64,000 nucleotides of DNA from a virus: the IMG/VR virus record IMGVR_UViG_3300021963_000049, positions 52,689 through 116,688 of that record; one strand, written 5' to 3'. Below are positions 38,437 through 48,673 of the stretch, in pieces. Each line of letters begins with the position of its first letter. The stretch's first letter is position 1. The notes beneath the pieces are model-generated. The model saw only the letters and a list, made by a program, of their open reading frames with translations. It ran no database searches and was not told the DNA's origin. A program made the translations under genes and the position numbers.

Positions 38437-38823
38437 ATGAAGAAGGTTGCAAAAGTTGCTAAAAAATCTTTAAAAAAAGCACAAGATGGTACTGTGCAAG
38501 GACCATTTACAGAAAAAACAGCAAAGTACTTAGATGAAAAATATCCTGGAACATCAATGAAATATCCTGGACCATATAATGCAGAAACCATAAAGGATAT
38601 GAAAGATAGAGTTGCTCAAACATATGGTGCAACATCATGGGGTAGACCATCTGATCTTGAAAAAAGTTTAAGAAAAGATGAAGAAAAATACATAAGAAGT
38701 AATTCAGAAACAATGGCTGATGATTATAGTATGTACCAAAAAGGTGGTAAAGTATTAAATGGAAAGTCATTTAGAAGAGGGTCTTTTACAAGTGGTTTAA
38801 GAACAAGCAGAAAACATAAATAG
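38437..38823 (+). CDS. basic protein with AQDG/YQKGG motifs
   Basis: 128 aa ORF. Confidence 0.65.
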   Translation: MKKVAKVAKKSLKKAQDGTVQGPFTEKTAKYLDEKYPGTSMKYPGPYNAETIKDMKDRVAQTYGATSWGRPSDLEKSLRKDEEKYIRSNSETMADDYSMYQKGGKVLNGKSFRRGSFTSGLRTSRKHK

Positions 38824-38825
38824 TT

Positions 38826-39083
38826 ATGGCAATTAAAAAAACAACAACTGCAAAAAAATCAACTCCTGCTAAGAAATCAAGTTCTAAATCTTCTTCAGTA
38901 GGTATCTCTATTATGGGCGGTAACAAAGCTGAGATGAGAAAGTGGGAAGTTGAATCTGCTATGTCTACATTAAAAAGAGCAGCAGAGATTCAGAAAGATG
39001 CTAAGCTTATGTCAGATGTAAAGAAAATGGCACAAGAGCAAGTAAGAATGTTTAGTAATCTTGCTAATGGCAAAATGAAATAA
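38826..39083 (+). CDS. basic small protein
   Basis: K/S-rich N-terminus; KWEVE.AM.TL.RA.EI.KD. Confidence 0.7.
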   Translation: MAIKKTTTAKKSTPAKKSSSKSSSVGISIMGGNKAEMRKWEVESAMSTLKRAAEIQKDAKLMSDVKKMAQEQVRMFSNLANGKMK

Positions 39084-39085
39084 TC

Positions 39086-39562
39086 ATGGTAAAGTCACCG
39101 GCTTGGCAAAAATGTATTGAATGTAACCGTGAGGGTGACAAAAATTTATTTGCTAAAGGTGGAAATGGTAGATGCAACAGATGTAGTAAAATAGAATGGG
39201 AAAAGAATAATCCTGATAAAGTAAGAGCTCAAAGACTAAGAGGAAATGCAGGTAAGAGAGCAAAAACAATGGTATGGCCTGAACCAGATTTTGATACAAG
39301 TTGGATATATGATAAAATTAAAAATGGATATTGTGAAGTAACAGGAATTAAATTTGATTTAGAAACAGAAGTTAGATCATCTGCTCATGCAAAAAATCCT
39401 TGGGTACCTTCAATAGATAGAATAGATAGTTCTAAGCCTTATTTAAAAGACAATGTTCAAATAGTAGTTTTTATGTACAATGTTTGCAAGTCAGAATTTA
39501 CACATGATGATGTGATTAAGTTTTGTAATGCAATTAAAATAAAAGAAGATGGCAACTCATAA
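39086..39562 (+). CDS. free-standing homing endonuclease (HNH-like, SIDRID family)
   Basis: CEVTGI.F...PSIDRIDSSKPY..DNVQ.V...YN..K. Confidence 0.8.
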   Translation: MVKSPAWQKCIECNREGDKNLFAKGGNGRCNRCSKIEWEKNNPDKVRAQRLRGNAGKRAKTMVWPEPDFDTSWIYDKIKNGYCEVTGIKFDLETEVRSSAHAKNPWVPSIDRIDSSKPYLKDNVQIVVFMYNVCKSEFTHDDVIKFCNAIKIKEDGNS

Positions 39563-39836
39563 AAGTCCAAGCTGGCAAAGAAAAGAAGGGAAGAATCCAG
39601 AAGGAGGGCTTAATGCTAAAGGTGTTGCTAGTTATAGAAGAGCTAATCCAGGAAGTAAACTTAAGACAGCTGTAACTACTAAACCATCAAAACTTGATCC
39701 GGATAGTAAAGCTGCAAAAAGAAGAAAAAGCTTTTGTGCTAGGATGTCAGGTCACAAAAAAAAGAATACATCTGCTAAAACAGCAAATGATCCAAATAGT
39801 AGAATAAATAAAGCATTACGCAAATGGAATTGCTAA
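39549..39836 (+). CDS. basic small phage protein (WQRKEGKNP.GGLNAKG...RRKSFCARM...KWNC family)
   Basis: Recognisable conserved basic phage protein. Confidence 0.8.
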   Translation: MATHKSPSWQRKEGKNPEGGLNAKGVASYRRANPGSKLKTAVTTKPSKLDPDSKAAKRRKSFCARMSGHKKKNTSAKTANDPNSRINKALRKWNC

Positions 39837-40243
39837 ATAAAACATGTACAAAATGTAAAGTAGATAAACCATTATCTGCTGAATATTTTCCATTGCATAA
39901 TAAAACTAAATCTGGGTTTGATAGTTGGTGTAGAAACTGTAGATCAACATACAGAAGTGAAACTAGAAGAGGTAACTACAGAGATATGATATCTGATAAA
40001 CTTTTAAAGGATATTGTTGAATCTGTTACAGAGTGTGTAATATGTGGTTCTGAAGAAAAATTAGTTGTAGATCATTGTCATACTACTAATCAAATAAGAG
40101 GAATGCTTTGCAATCATTGTAATAGAGGTTTAGGTCATTTTAGAGATAATCCTGAATTATTAGAATTTGCAAGGATTTATTTATTATCTTATACTAAAGA
40201 TACTTCTGAAGCTGAAGAATATTTAGAAAAGTGGAATTGTTAA
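39824..40243 (+). CDS. endonuclease VII-like homing endonuclease
   Basis: CVICG...LVVDHCH.T..IRGMLCNHCNRGLG.F.D. Confidence 0.85.
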   Translation: MELLNKTCTKCKVDKPLSAEYFPLHNKTKSGFDSWCRNCRSTYRSETRRGNYRDMISDKLLKDIVESVTECVICGSEEKLVVDHCHTTNQIRGMLCNHCNRGLGHFRDNPELLEFARIYLLSYTKDTSEAEEYLEKWNC

Positions 40244-40253
40244 TTTATATATC

Positions 40254-40793
40254 ATGAAAAAGATGGCCTGTGCTCAATGTGGCGGAGCAAAAATGAAGAA
40301 AGGTGGTACATCACCTAATAAGAAAATGCAAAAAGGAGGTTCTATAGGTATTGTAGGCATGCCTAAGTATGGTAACAATCCTATGACTGATGAAGGTAGA
40401 ATGCTTCAAAAAGGTGGCTCTTTTGCTCCTAACCGTGCAGTACAGTCTTCTTGTAAGAATGGTAGGGTTAGAGATGAGAAAGGAAGATGTGTTATGGCTA
40501 GAAAAATGGCCAAAGGAGGATCTTCAGATTTTGGTATGTTATCAGTAAAAGCTGGAGTAGACAAAAATCCTAATCCAACACAGGCAGATAGAATAGCCGG
40601 TGCTAAAATGCAAAAAGGTGGTAACTGGATTCAAGGTGCAATTAAAAAACCTGGAGCTTTAAAAGCATCTCTTGGAGTTAAGAAAGGTGAAAAAATACCT
40701 AAAGGTAAACTTGCTGCTGCTGCAAAGAAAGGTGGTAAACTTGGACAAAGAGCTAGACTTGCTATGACTCTTGGTAAAATGAGAAAAAAGTAA
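40254..40793 (+). CDS. highly basic protein with repeated MxKGG motifs
   Basis: MKKGG, MQKGG, LQKGG, MAKGG, MQKGG; C-terminal WIQGAIKKPGAL...GQRARLA.TL. Confidence 0.75.
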   Translation: MKKMACAQCGGAKMKKGGTSPNKKMQKGGSIGIVGMPKYGNNPMTDEGRMLQKGGSFAPNRAVQSSCKNGRVRDEKGRCVMARKMAKGGSSDFGMLSVKAGVDKNPNPTQADRIAGAKMQKGGNWIQGAIKKPGALKASLGVKKGEKIPKGKLAAAAKKGGKLGQRARLAMTLGKMRKK

Positions 40794-40799
40794 TAAGAC

Positions 40800-41498
40800 A
40801 TGACTAATAGTGCAATTACAATAAAGATGAAACAAAGGCTGAACAAATTGGACAGCCAAGACTTTGACAACATTGAATGTTGGCAAGTTGTTGAGTCTTT
40901 TAATAAAGCTCAAGTAGAGTGGTCAAGAAGGCAATTGCATGGTATTAATGTTGTCAAGGAAGGTGATGAGCAATCTACCAGAAGAAAAGATGACATGCAA
41001 GTTTTATTAACTACCGGAGATTTACCAGTAGCTCCAAAAGATGTTTACTACTTTGGAGATATACCAGCAGATTATTTACAATGGAAAAGAGTAGATGTTT
41101 TTGCAAACAAAGAATGCTGTGATAAGAGAAGAATGACAGTATACTTAGCTGAAGAAGGTAATGTTAATTTATTACTTAGAGATAAAGCTAAGCAACCTAA
41201 TTTTGAATGGGCAGAAACATTTGCAACTCTAATAAATAATAGAGTTCATATCTATACTAATAATGAGTTTGCAATACAAAGTGCAGACTTAATATACTAT
41301 AGACAACCTAGAAAAATACAAATTCTTGGTTGTGTTGATCCATATACAGGAGTTCAATCTACTGCAGAAGTACAAAGTGAATTCAAAGATGATATAATAG
41401 AATTAATAATTGATGAGGCTGTAGCAATACTAGCAGGAGATATTGAGTCAACAAACCAATATGCTAGAAACTCAGAAACAGCTGAAAGAAATAACTAA
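40800..41498 (+). CDS. head-tail ring/adaptor protein
   Basis: FNKAQ...L.YYRQP...EF.D.I.E.IIDEAV pattern of crAss-like ring proteins. Confidence 0.65.
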   Translation: MTNSAITIKMKQRLNKLDSQDFDNIECWQVVESFNKAQVEWSRRQLHGINVVKEGDEQSTRRKDDMQVLLTTGDLPVAPKDVYYFGDIPADYLQWKRVDVFANKECCDKRRMTVYLAEEGNVNLLLRDKAKQPNFEWAETFATLINNRVHIYTNNEFAIQSADLIYYRQPRKIQILGCVDPYTGVQSTAEVQSEFKDDIIELIIDEAVAILAGDIESTNQYARNSETAERNN

Positions 41499-41503
41499 AA
41501 ATA

Positions 41504-41992
41504 ATGGAATCAAAACCTAGAATGTTAAAAAGACCTGAAGCAGTTGTAACACAACCTAAGTCTGAACCATCAAAAGCTCAACCTACTCCTGACACAGGTG
41601 TTGGAGGAAGCTCATTAGATACTATGACTGCAGCTTGTGTATCTGAACTTATGAATGCAAGAACAAGTTTTCATAAGCTTCATTTAAAAGTAAAAGGAGA
41701 TGGATCATATGCAGCACATAAAGCTCTTAATGAATTATATGATGCATTACCAGATCATGCAGATTCTCTTATAGAGGGTTATCAAGGTGCAGCAGAAAAG
41801 TTACTTTCTTATACTGAAGTAGCACCAAGAACTCTTGATACAGTATCTGATGCAGTAAGTTACTTAAGAGATTTAACTGCTATGGTAACTAAATTACAAG
41901 GTAAGATGCCTTACTCAGAAATAGTAAATTCACTTGATACAGTTAAAGATACATTTAACTCTGCTAAGTATAAATTACTTTTCTTAAAATAA
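41504..41992 (+). CDS. ferritin/Dps-like protein
   Basis: HKLHL...SYAAHKALNELYD.....D.LIE.YQG...KYKL four-helix signature. Confidence 0.8.
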   Translation: MESKPRMLKRPEAVVTQPKSEPSKAQPTPDTGVGGSSLDTMTAACVSELMNARTSFHKLHLKVKGDGSYAAHKALNELYDALPDHADSLIEGYQGAAEKLLSYTEVAPRTLDTVSDAVSYLRDLTAMVTKLQGKMPYSEIVNSLDTVKDTFNSAKYKLLFLK

Positions 41993-42055
41993 TTTGGAAG
42001 ATTAAAAATCTTTGATTATATTATATATATGTTTATAAATTAAAAAATAAAAAAA

Positions 42056-43738
42056 ATGGCTTATTTTAATCATGCGTTTAGAAAAACCTTTTTAGGTACA
42101 GGAGCAGATGTATCTGGCTTCACTGTATCTGTATTAGGTGGAACTACTGTATCAGTTAATACTGATGGTGGTTTTGTAACTTCAGATGGTATGCCTACTT
42201 ATGGTTTGAATCAACTTTCACAAGATGCTGAAAGTTTCTTTGGTTCTTATGAAAGTGGGTATTTTGGATTCTTTGATCCAAAAACTAATTTATCAATAGG
42301 TGAACCTAGAAACTGTTGTCCTTTATATCTTGCTGGTTCAGCAATTTATTCAAGTGATAAAATTGGACCTTTCCATGGTGGTTATCAAGAGACTAACAAG
42401 TCTAAAATAATTAACCCTCGCTATGTGTCTAGATTCTATTCAGTTGATCCATGTGAACCACAGAATGAAGTATTACATGTTGGTTCTACATACTATACAT
42501 TAGGTGCTGGTGCAGTAGTTGCGGTAGGTGGTGTATTAACTGGAAGTATTACAACTCCAGGTGCAGGATATACTGATACAGCTACTGCAGTTGTAGCTAC
42601 AACTTCAACTGTTTCAGGAACTGGAACTGGACTTACATTGTTTATCACTGTAGCTGCTGGAGTACCAACAGTAACAGGTATAGCAAGTCTTGGTAAAGGT
42701 TATGCAGTTGGAGATACTGTAACAATTACTGATTGGGATGGTGCTACACCAGGAACATTAGCAGTATTTGAAATAGATACAATTGCATCAACAGGTGTTG
42801 ATCCTATTACAGGTTCAGGTGGTGCAGCATGTTGTAAAGAGTTTTTATGTGGTGAGACATATACTTTGCGTTTAGATATCAAAGGTTCTCCAGCATTAAG
42901 ATACTTAAACCACAATGCTTACTACATTGCATCTGCATACACAGGATGTTGTCCTGATGGAGCAATTGCACCTACTCCAGTAGATTCAACTGATGTATTT
43001 ATTCAGTGGGCAAATGCTATCTTAAATTCACCAATTGTTAATCCATTTGTACAAATTATAGTACAAGATCAAACAGGTGTTCTTTGGTATGCTCCAGGAA
43101 CTTCTGCTGCATTCCTTGCTTCAGTAGGTGGTGATACTTGGAATAACTATGTATCTCCAGGATATATTACTGGTGCATGTGCAGGTATGATCTTAAATGG
43201 TGCTTATGTAGATACTAAATTTGGTGATTGTACATTCCAAATCTCTGACTTCTATGAGAAAGAGCCAGTTAAACTTTATGTTTCTGAGTTAGATTTCAAT
43301 GGAGATCCTTGTGCATTTGATGGTATTTGTGTAGTTCATGAATGTTTAGCTACTCAAGCTAATGGTCTTGGAGAAACAATTCTTAGAGATCTTCAGTTAT
43401 CTGAAGCTTACAGACAAAACTTCTTACATTCTGATTTCAGAATTAGAGAGATTACTCAAGGAAACCAGATTATACAAGCAATTAATAGAAATGGTTTGTA
43501 CTTCTCTTATTTCTTGCAACACAGTGTTCCGCGTCATAATAATCCAACTGGTACATTTGACTCAGATCAGTACTTATTACAGATTGTATCTCAAAATTCT
43601 TTGAATAGATTTGTTACTAATACAGTTGAGTGGTTAGAAGGATGTGGAGTATGTGAAATTGATGAGTTCAATTGTGTTTCTTCATGTGAAGTTCCAATTG
43701 AATTTTACACAACAACACCAAGAACACCAGTACTTTAA
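42056..43738 (+). CDS. abundant structural protein (auxiliary capsid/decoration-like)
   Basis: Own promoter motif and terminator (43757-43800); internal G/T-rich GxGYxxGD beta insert. Confidence 0.65.
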   Translation: MAYFNHAFRKTFLGTGADVSGFTVSVLGGTTVSVNTDGGFVTSDGMPTYGLNQLSQDAESFFGSYESGYFGFFDPKTNLSIGEPRNCCPLYLAGSAIYSSDKIGPFHGGYQETNKSKIINPRYVSRFYSVDPCEPQNEVLHVGSTYYTLGAGAVVAVGGVLTGSITTPGAGYTDTATAVVATTSTVSGTGTGLTLFITVAAGVPTVTGIASLGKGYAVGDTVTITDWDGATPGTLAVFEIDTIASTGVDPITGSGGAACCKEFLCGETYTLRLDIKGSPALRYLNHNAYYIASAYTGCCPDGAIAPTPVDSTDVFIQWANAILNSPIVNPFVQIIVQDQTGVLWYAPGTSAAFLASVGGDTWNNYVSPGYITGACAGMILNGAYVDTKFGDCTFQISDFYEKEPVKLYVSELDFNGDPCAFDGICVVHECLATQANGLGETILRDLQLSEAYRQNFLHSDFRIREITQGNQIIQAINRNGLYFSYFLQHSVPRHNNPTGTFDSDQYLLQIVSQNSLNRFVTNTVEWLEGCGVCEIDEFNCVSSCEVPIEFYTTTPRTPVL

Positions 43739-43812
43739 TAAAACAATAACTTAAGAAAAGGGAGAGTGAGAGTTTATATTTCTCCTCTCCTTTTCTTTTT
43801 ATATAACATCTC

Positions 43813-44355
43813 ATGGCAAATCATGTCCTAAGTTTAGAAGTACCTACAGTTATGAACCCTTGTATTCTAAAAATATTTGATACAAGTGTTTACAGCAATC
43901 TTATTTCTATAAGTTGTCCTATACTAAACATAACTGTGCCCGGATTTGGTTATTCAAATCAAATTGATGTTACTCCAAATTTTGCAGAAACATTAACTGC
44001 TTGTGATTTACAACTGCAAACTACAGATTGTGGAACTACTTACTGGAATATTCCTGATGGAATATATATTATTAAGTATAGTGTAGAACCAAAAGACTTA
44101 GTATATGTAGAGTACAATCATTTAAGAATAACAGAAGCACTAAATAAATATTATAATGTTCTATGTGATATAGATGCTAATGCTTGTGATCCACCAGCAA
44201 AAGTAAAAAAGCAACTTGAAGAATTAAGATTAATTTATATGTATCTTCAAGCTGCAAAAGCAAAAGTAGAAACTTGTCATGAGCCACAGAAAGGCATGAG
44301 CTTATACAATTATGCTTTAAAGCTTTTAAATAAAATGTCTTGTACAAATTGTTAA
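43813..44355 (+). CDS. structural protein (tail hub-like)
   Basis: IPDGIY.IKYSV.P motif. Confidence 0.6.
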   Translation: MANHVLSLEVPTVMNPCILKIFDTSVYSNLISISCPILNITVPGFGYSNQIDVTPNFAETLTACDLQLQTTDCGTTYWNIPDGIYIIKYSVEPKDLVYVEYNHLRITEALNKYYNVLCDIDANACDPPAKVKKQLEELRLIYMYLQAAKAKVETCHEPQKGMSLYNYALKLLNKMSCTNC

Positions 44356-44376
44356 AAAAATTAAAACCAACAAATT

Positions 44377-44568
44377 ATGGCAATATGTCCAAACTGCGGA
44401 ACTGCTATGTCTTGCGGATGTCAAAAGAGAGTAGTTAATGGAGTGAATGGGTGTAGTAAATGTTTAAATAATGCACCTAAGAAAACAATACAAAGAAACC
44501 AACCAATACAAAACCAAGCTGTCTGGGGTAAAGACAGATATAATAACTTAAGTAAGTTTACAAAATAA
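44377..44568 (+). CDS. small Cys-rich protein
   Basis: CPNCG..MSCGCQ...CSKC. Confidence 0.65.
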   Translation: MAICPNCGTAMSCGCQKRVVNGVNGCSKCLNNAPKKTIQRNQPIQNQAVWGKDRYNNLSKFTK

Positions 44569-46349
44569 TGAGTGCTATAGTATATTCTTTTGTTCCTTGT
44601 TGTGATCCAACTGCTGATCCAATTCAGTTTAATACTCATGGAGTATTTTTACCAACTGTTCCTGGAACATACTTATATACAGATTTACCATTGAATGGTT
44701 TAGAAGATGGTCAATGTTATAGTGTAACTGAAACAACAGGTGGATTACCAAATCCGGCATTACCATATTTAAATAGCATAGCTGGTTTTGAACTCATAGC
44801 TGGTGGCTGTGAAGATGAACAATGTTCATGTGGAGATCAGTGCTATATACTTACAAGCTGTGATAGTTTTGTAATATACTCTGATTCTGATCTAGCATTA
44901 TATGTAGATCAGTTTGTGAGTTTAGTAGAATATCCTGGAGAATGTTTTTATGTTGAACTAGGTCAACCAGGAGGATGCGGCCCAAGTCCAATAGCAGTTA
45001 ATGTAGATCCAGATATACCATGCAGTTGCCCATGTAATTGTTATATAATAACCGGATCTGGTACAGTAAGTTATATAGCATGTGATGGAACTAAATCTAC
45101 AGCATTTGCTCCGGCACAATTTTGTTCTGTATCATATCCAGAAATTACTTCTGGTATAGGTTCATTAGAAATATTTGACAATGGCTTATGTGATGACATC
45201 ACTGGTTGTCCAGAAAAGTGTTTCTTACTAACCAACTGTGATCCAAGTATTACAGAAACAATAACTTCAAATACTTTTACATTACTGCAATATGCTTTAA
45301 ATAATCAAATAATAACTATTTCTGGTTATGAGGGATGTTGGACAGTAGAAGAAACTGAAGTGTGTGATTGTGCTGTACCAGTTACTATAATTCAAAGTTT
45401 TAGTAGTTGTGAAACATGTTCACCTCCACCTGCTTATAAACTTATTAATTGTGATAATGCTTCACAGATAATATATACTTATCAAGATCTTTCTGCATAT
45501 ATTGGCAAAGTTTTATCATTAGATTGCGGAGGATGTTGGATTGTTGAACTATTAACAATTCCTCCACCAAGTACACAAGTAGTAACAGTACTTTTTGAGT
45601 TTGATACTTGTGAGTTGTGTAAAGCTACATATTATAGACTAACAGACTGTGCAGGTTTTAAGGATGAAGTTATAACTACTACAGATTTATCAGCTTATCT
45701 TGGTGATGTAATACAAATAAAGTTTTGTGATGATACTTGTTGGACAGTAAATCAAACAGATCCTGAACCATCAGATGGTGAAGTTACAGTTTTACAATCT
45801 TTTGGTAGAGCATGTCAACCATGTTTAGTAGCAATTGCTACTCCAAAATGTGTAGTATTTACTAATCTTACTAATAACCCTGTATCATTTGGATATGTAA
45901 CAGCAGAAGGAACAGTAATTAAAGCAACATTGCTGGCAAATGAATCTACAGAAAAAGCTTGTTATTTGTCATGGGATGTAAATCAAAGTATACAAGTTAC
46001 AGAGTATGGTGACTGTGTTGATGGGTTATGTCCAGAAGTTCCAAGACCAAAAAGAAAAGTAAAACCAGGGTACAGTGTTCCAGTATGTAGTACTGAAAAG
46101 TATGAGAAAATAACATGCAGAGCATCTGAGATATATTATAAAATGGTCTTAGAAAAAAGATATGGTATTGGTAATTGCTGTGATGATCTGAGTGATAAGT
46201 GGTTACTTAAAAAAGAAATTATAGATTTACAAGGACTAATAGATCCAGATTATACATGCACAGTAATTACAAGCTGTTGTAATCAGCCTATTAATACATG
46301 CGGGTGCGGCTGCAACAGCACACCAACTATTAGAACTTGCAATTCTTAA
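44568..46349 (+). CDS. Cys-rich repeat structural protein
   Basis: Repeated C(Y/F)xLTxC...DLSAY.G....C..CW.V units. Confidence 0.75.
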   Translation: MSAIVYSFVPCCDPTADPIQFNTHGVFLPTVPGTYLYTDLPLNGLEDGQCYSVTETTGGLPNPALPYLNSIAGFELIAGGCEDEQCSCGDQCYILTSCDSFVIYSDSDLALYVDQFVSLVEYPGECFYVELGQPGGCGPSPIAVNVDPDIPCSCPCNCYIITGSGTVSYIACDGTKSTAFAPAQFCSVSYPEITSGIGSLEIFDNGLCDDITGCPEKCFLLTNCDPSITETITSNTFTLLQYALNNQIITISGYEGCWTVEETEVCDCAVPVTIIQSFSSCETCSPPPAYKLINCDNASQIIYTYQDLSAYIGKVLSLDCGGCWIVELLTIPPPSTQVVTVLFEFDTCELCKATYYRLTDCAGFKDEVITTTDLSAYLGDVIQIKFCDDTCWTVNQTDPEPSDGEVTVLQSFGRACQPCLVAIATPKCVVFTNLTNNPVSFGYVTAEGTVIKATLLANESTEKACYLSWDVNQSIQVTEYGDCVDGLCPEVPRPKRKVKPGYSVPVCSTEKYEKITCRASEIYYKMVLEKRYGIGNCCDDLSDKWLLKKEIIDLQGLIDPDYTCTVITSCCNQPINTCGCGCNSTPTIRTCNS

Positions 46350-46383
46350 GAATTATTTGTATATTATAATATAAGAAACATAT

Positions 46384-48096
46384 ATGAAGCCTTTAAATCT
46401 AGATAATAAACCTTGTAGTCCAATATCAAGCAACTGTGTTATTTGGCAAGGTCCTGATATTCCATGTATTAAATTATGTACAGGAGATACAATATCTGAT
46501 GTAGTATTTAAACTTGCTACTGAATTATGTACTATTATGGATCAGTTAAATATATCTAACTATGATCTATCATGCTTTAACTTAGCAGCTTGTCCACCTC
46601 AAGATTTTCAACAACTTATTCAATTTTTAATTGATCAAATCTGTATAGCACAAGGAATTACTCCAACAGATACTAAAGTAGCTGGATGTCCAGATTGTTT
46701 AGTTACAATTGCTCCTTGTTTTATAACAGGTACTCAAACTACTATGCAATTAGTAGATTATGTTCAAATGATTGCAGAAAGAGTTTGTAGCATTATAGAT
46801 CAGATTCAAGTAATAAATAATCAAATACAAAACTTACAGGTAAGAGTAGAGATATTAGAAAATACTCCTCCTCCAGTTTTTACACTTCCATCAATTGATA
46901 CTGGTTGTTTAGCACCTTATATGGGTGGAGCAGTTAGTGCACAAATTGATGCAGTACTAGACACATTACTTAATGATCCAACAATTGGATATTGTCAGCT
47001 TATTGGAGCAACTGGTTTACCAGCAGATTTAATCTCTGCAGTAGCAAGTCAATGTATTGATTCAACTGATGATTCTTTGGCTAATCCAGGTGAAACAATG
47101 GGAACTGCATATTTTCCTAATTGGGTAAATACACCAACAACTGTTGCAGATGCTATAACTAATTTATGGTTGTCTGTTTGTGATATTTATAACTATTTAT
47201 CCGGAGCACCTACTATAAATGTTGTAGATACAACAACTGTCAATTTAACATATACTTCTGGTACATTACAAGCTGATGTTCAAGATACTGGTTGGGTAGA
47301 TTTATTAGGATTTGATTTTTATTCTACTGATCCTACAATGACAATACCAAGACCACAATGTAGAAGAATTGGTAATGTAGTACATTTTAGAGGTCAAGTA
47401 ACAATACCTTTACAAGTATCTGGTTCTCCAGGACTAGTTAGAACATATCTTTATGGTGGTGGCCAAGATACATATTTAGGAGGCACTGCACCAAATAATG
47501 TTATTACACCTTATCAAGGTAATGGCGGAGTAAGATTAGATTCATCAGGATTTATAGAATTTAATTCAAATGGTATTACTGCACAAAGTGTAATTCCTAC
47601 AAGTGTTATACCTGGGGGGTATGTACTAGATGGTAGGTATCAAAATGATGGATGGAAACTTGCTTATAGAGTTGTTGATACAGGTTCAAATACAACTATA
47701 CTTACAACTTTCTTTAGCCCAGTAATTACAGAAAATGGTGTTTTAACTTTTGGTTTAATAAAGAATGCAGAAGAAGGTATTGTTGGAGGAGGCGGTTCAG
47801 TAGCATGGGATACATGTCCAATAAATAATGTTATATCTCATGTTCTTTCTGGTTACGCTGTTCCTAAATATGACAATGGTTTACCAGCTGCAGCAACAAA
47901 TGTTTTACATGATGGTGGAGGAGCTACAGGTATGCAAACTAGACAAGTTTACTACAGTACTACTGAAGAATATCCATTTTCATGTAATGCTAATGATGAA
48001 AATGATGTTGGTGGTTTCCATTTAAGAATAGATGGTTTAACAGCATTTATTAGCCCTTGTGTAACAACAATACCAACTCCAACACCTTGTTCTTAA
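46384..48096 (+). CDS. Cys-rich fibre-like protein
   Basis: SNCVIWQGPDIPC N-terminus, coiled coil, DTGWVDL...RRIGNVVHFRG. Confidence 0.75.
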   Translation: MKPLNLDNKPCSPISSNCVIWQGPDIPCIKLCTGDTISDVVFKLATELCTIMDQLNISNYDLSCFNLAACPPQDFQQLIQFLIDQICIAQGITPTDTKVAGCPDCLVTIAPCFITGTQTTMQLVDYVQMIAERVCSIIDQIQVINNQIQNLQVRVEILENTPPPVFTLPSIDTGCLAPYMGGAVSAQIDAVLDTLLNDPTIGYCQLIGATGLPADLISAVASQCIDSTDDSLANPGETMGTAYFPNWVNTPTTVADAITNLWLSVCDIYNYLSGAPTINVVDTTTVNLTYTSGTLQADVQDTGWVDLLGFDFYSTDPTMTIPRPQCRRIGNVVHFRGQVTIPLQVSGSPGLVRTYLYGGGQDTYLGGTAPNNVITPYQGNGGVRLDSSGFIEFNSNGITAQSVIPTSVIPGGYVLDGRYQNDGWKLAYRVVDTGSNTTILTTFFSPVITENGVLTFGLIKNAEEGIVGGGGSVAWDTCPINNVISHVLSGYAVPKYDNGLPAAATNVLHDGGGATGMQTRQVYYSTTEEYPFSCNANDENDVGGFHLRIDGLTAFISPCVTTIPTPTPCS

Positions 48097-48107
48097 TTAA
48101 TTAAATC

Positions 48108-48668
48108 ATGGCAACAACAAAATGTAAAAAATGTGGGTGTGAAGATAGCTTTTTAATAAGTCCTCCACCATGTCCAACTCCAGAAGGATGTCCGGATCCA
48201 GAACCATGTTCAGAAGTATTTGACGCACAATGTGTAGTATATACAGGTCCAAATTTACAATGTGGTTTAGATAATGTTGTACTTACAAACAGTGCTCTTA
48301 ATATTGCATTAGAAGATATAATTGGTTATTTCTGTCAAGAGATAACTGCTTTGCCTACATATGATGTTGTAGCTGGACAAGGAATTACTGTTACTGAAAA
48401 TACAGTAGGTACAGCAACTACATTTACAGTTACTAATAATGGAGTAAAAAAATATACTAATTCAGCTATGTTTGTTCCCGCAACACCAACTAATGTAGTT
48501 CACAATTTAAATACAATTTTTGTAACTCTATCAATTGTAACAAGTTCAGGTTTGCCATATACAGCATATGTGCATGGCACTGACTATACATATACTATTA
48601 TTGACCCAAATACAATATCAGTAAATCTAGTACCGGGAGGTGCAGCTAATGTAACTGTTATTGGTTAA
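48108..48668 (+). CDS. Cys-rich fibre-like protein
   Basis: CVVYTGPNL.C N-terminus (paralogous to 46384), VHNLNT domain. Confidence 0.7.
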   Translation: MATTKCKKCGCEDSFLISPPPCPTPEGCPDPEPCSEVFDAQCVVYTGPNLQCGLDNVVLTNSALNIALEDIIGYFCQEITALPTYDVVAGQGITVTENTVGTATTFTVTNNGVKKYTNSAMFVPATPTNVVHNLNTIFVTLSIVTSSGLPYTAYVHGTDYTYTIIDPNTISVNLVPGGAANVTVIG

Positions 48669-48673
48669 AGAGT

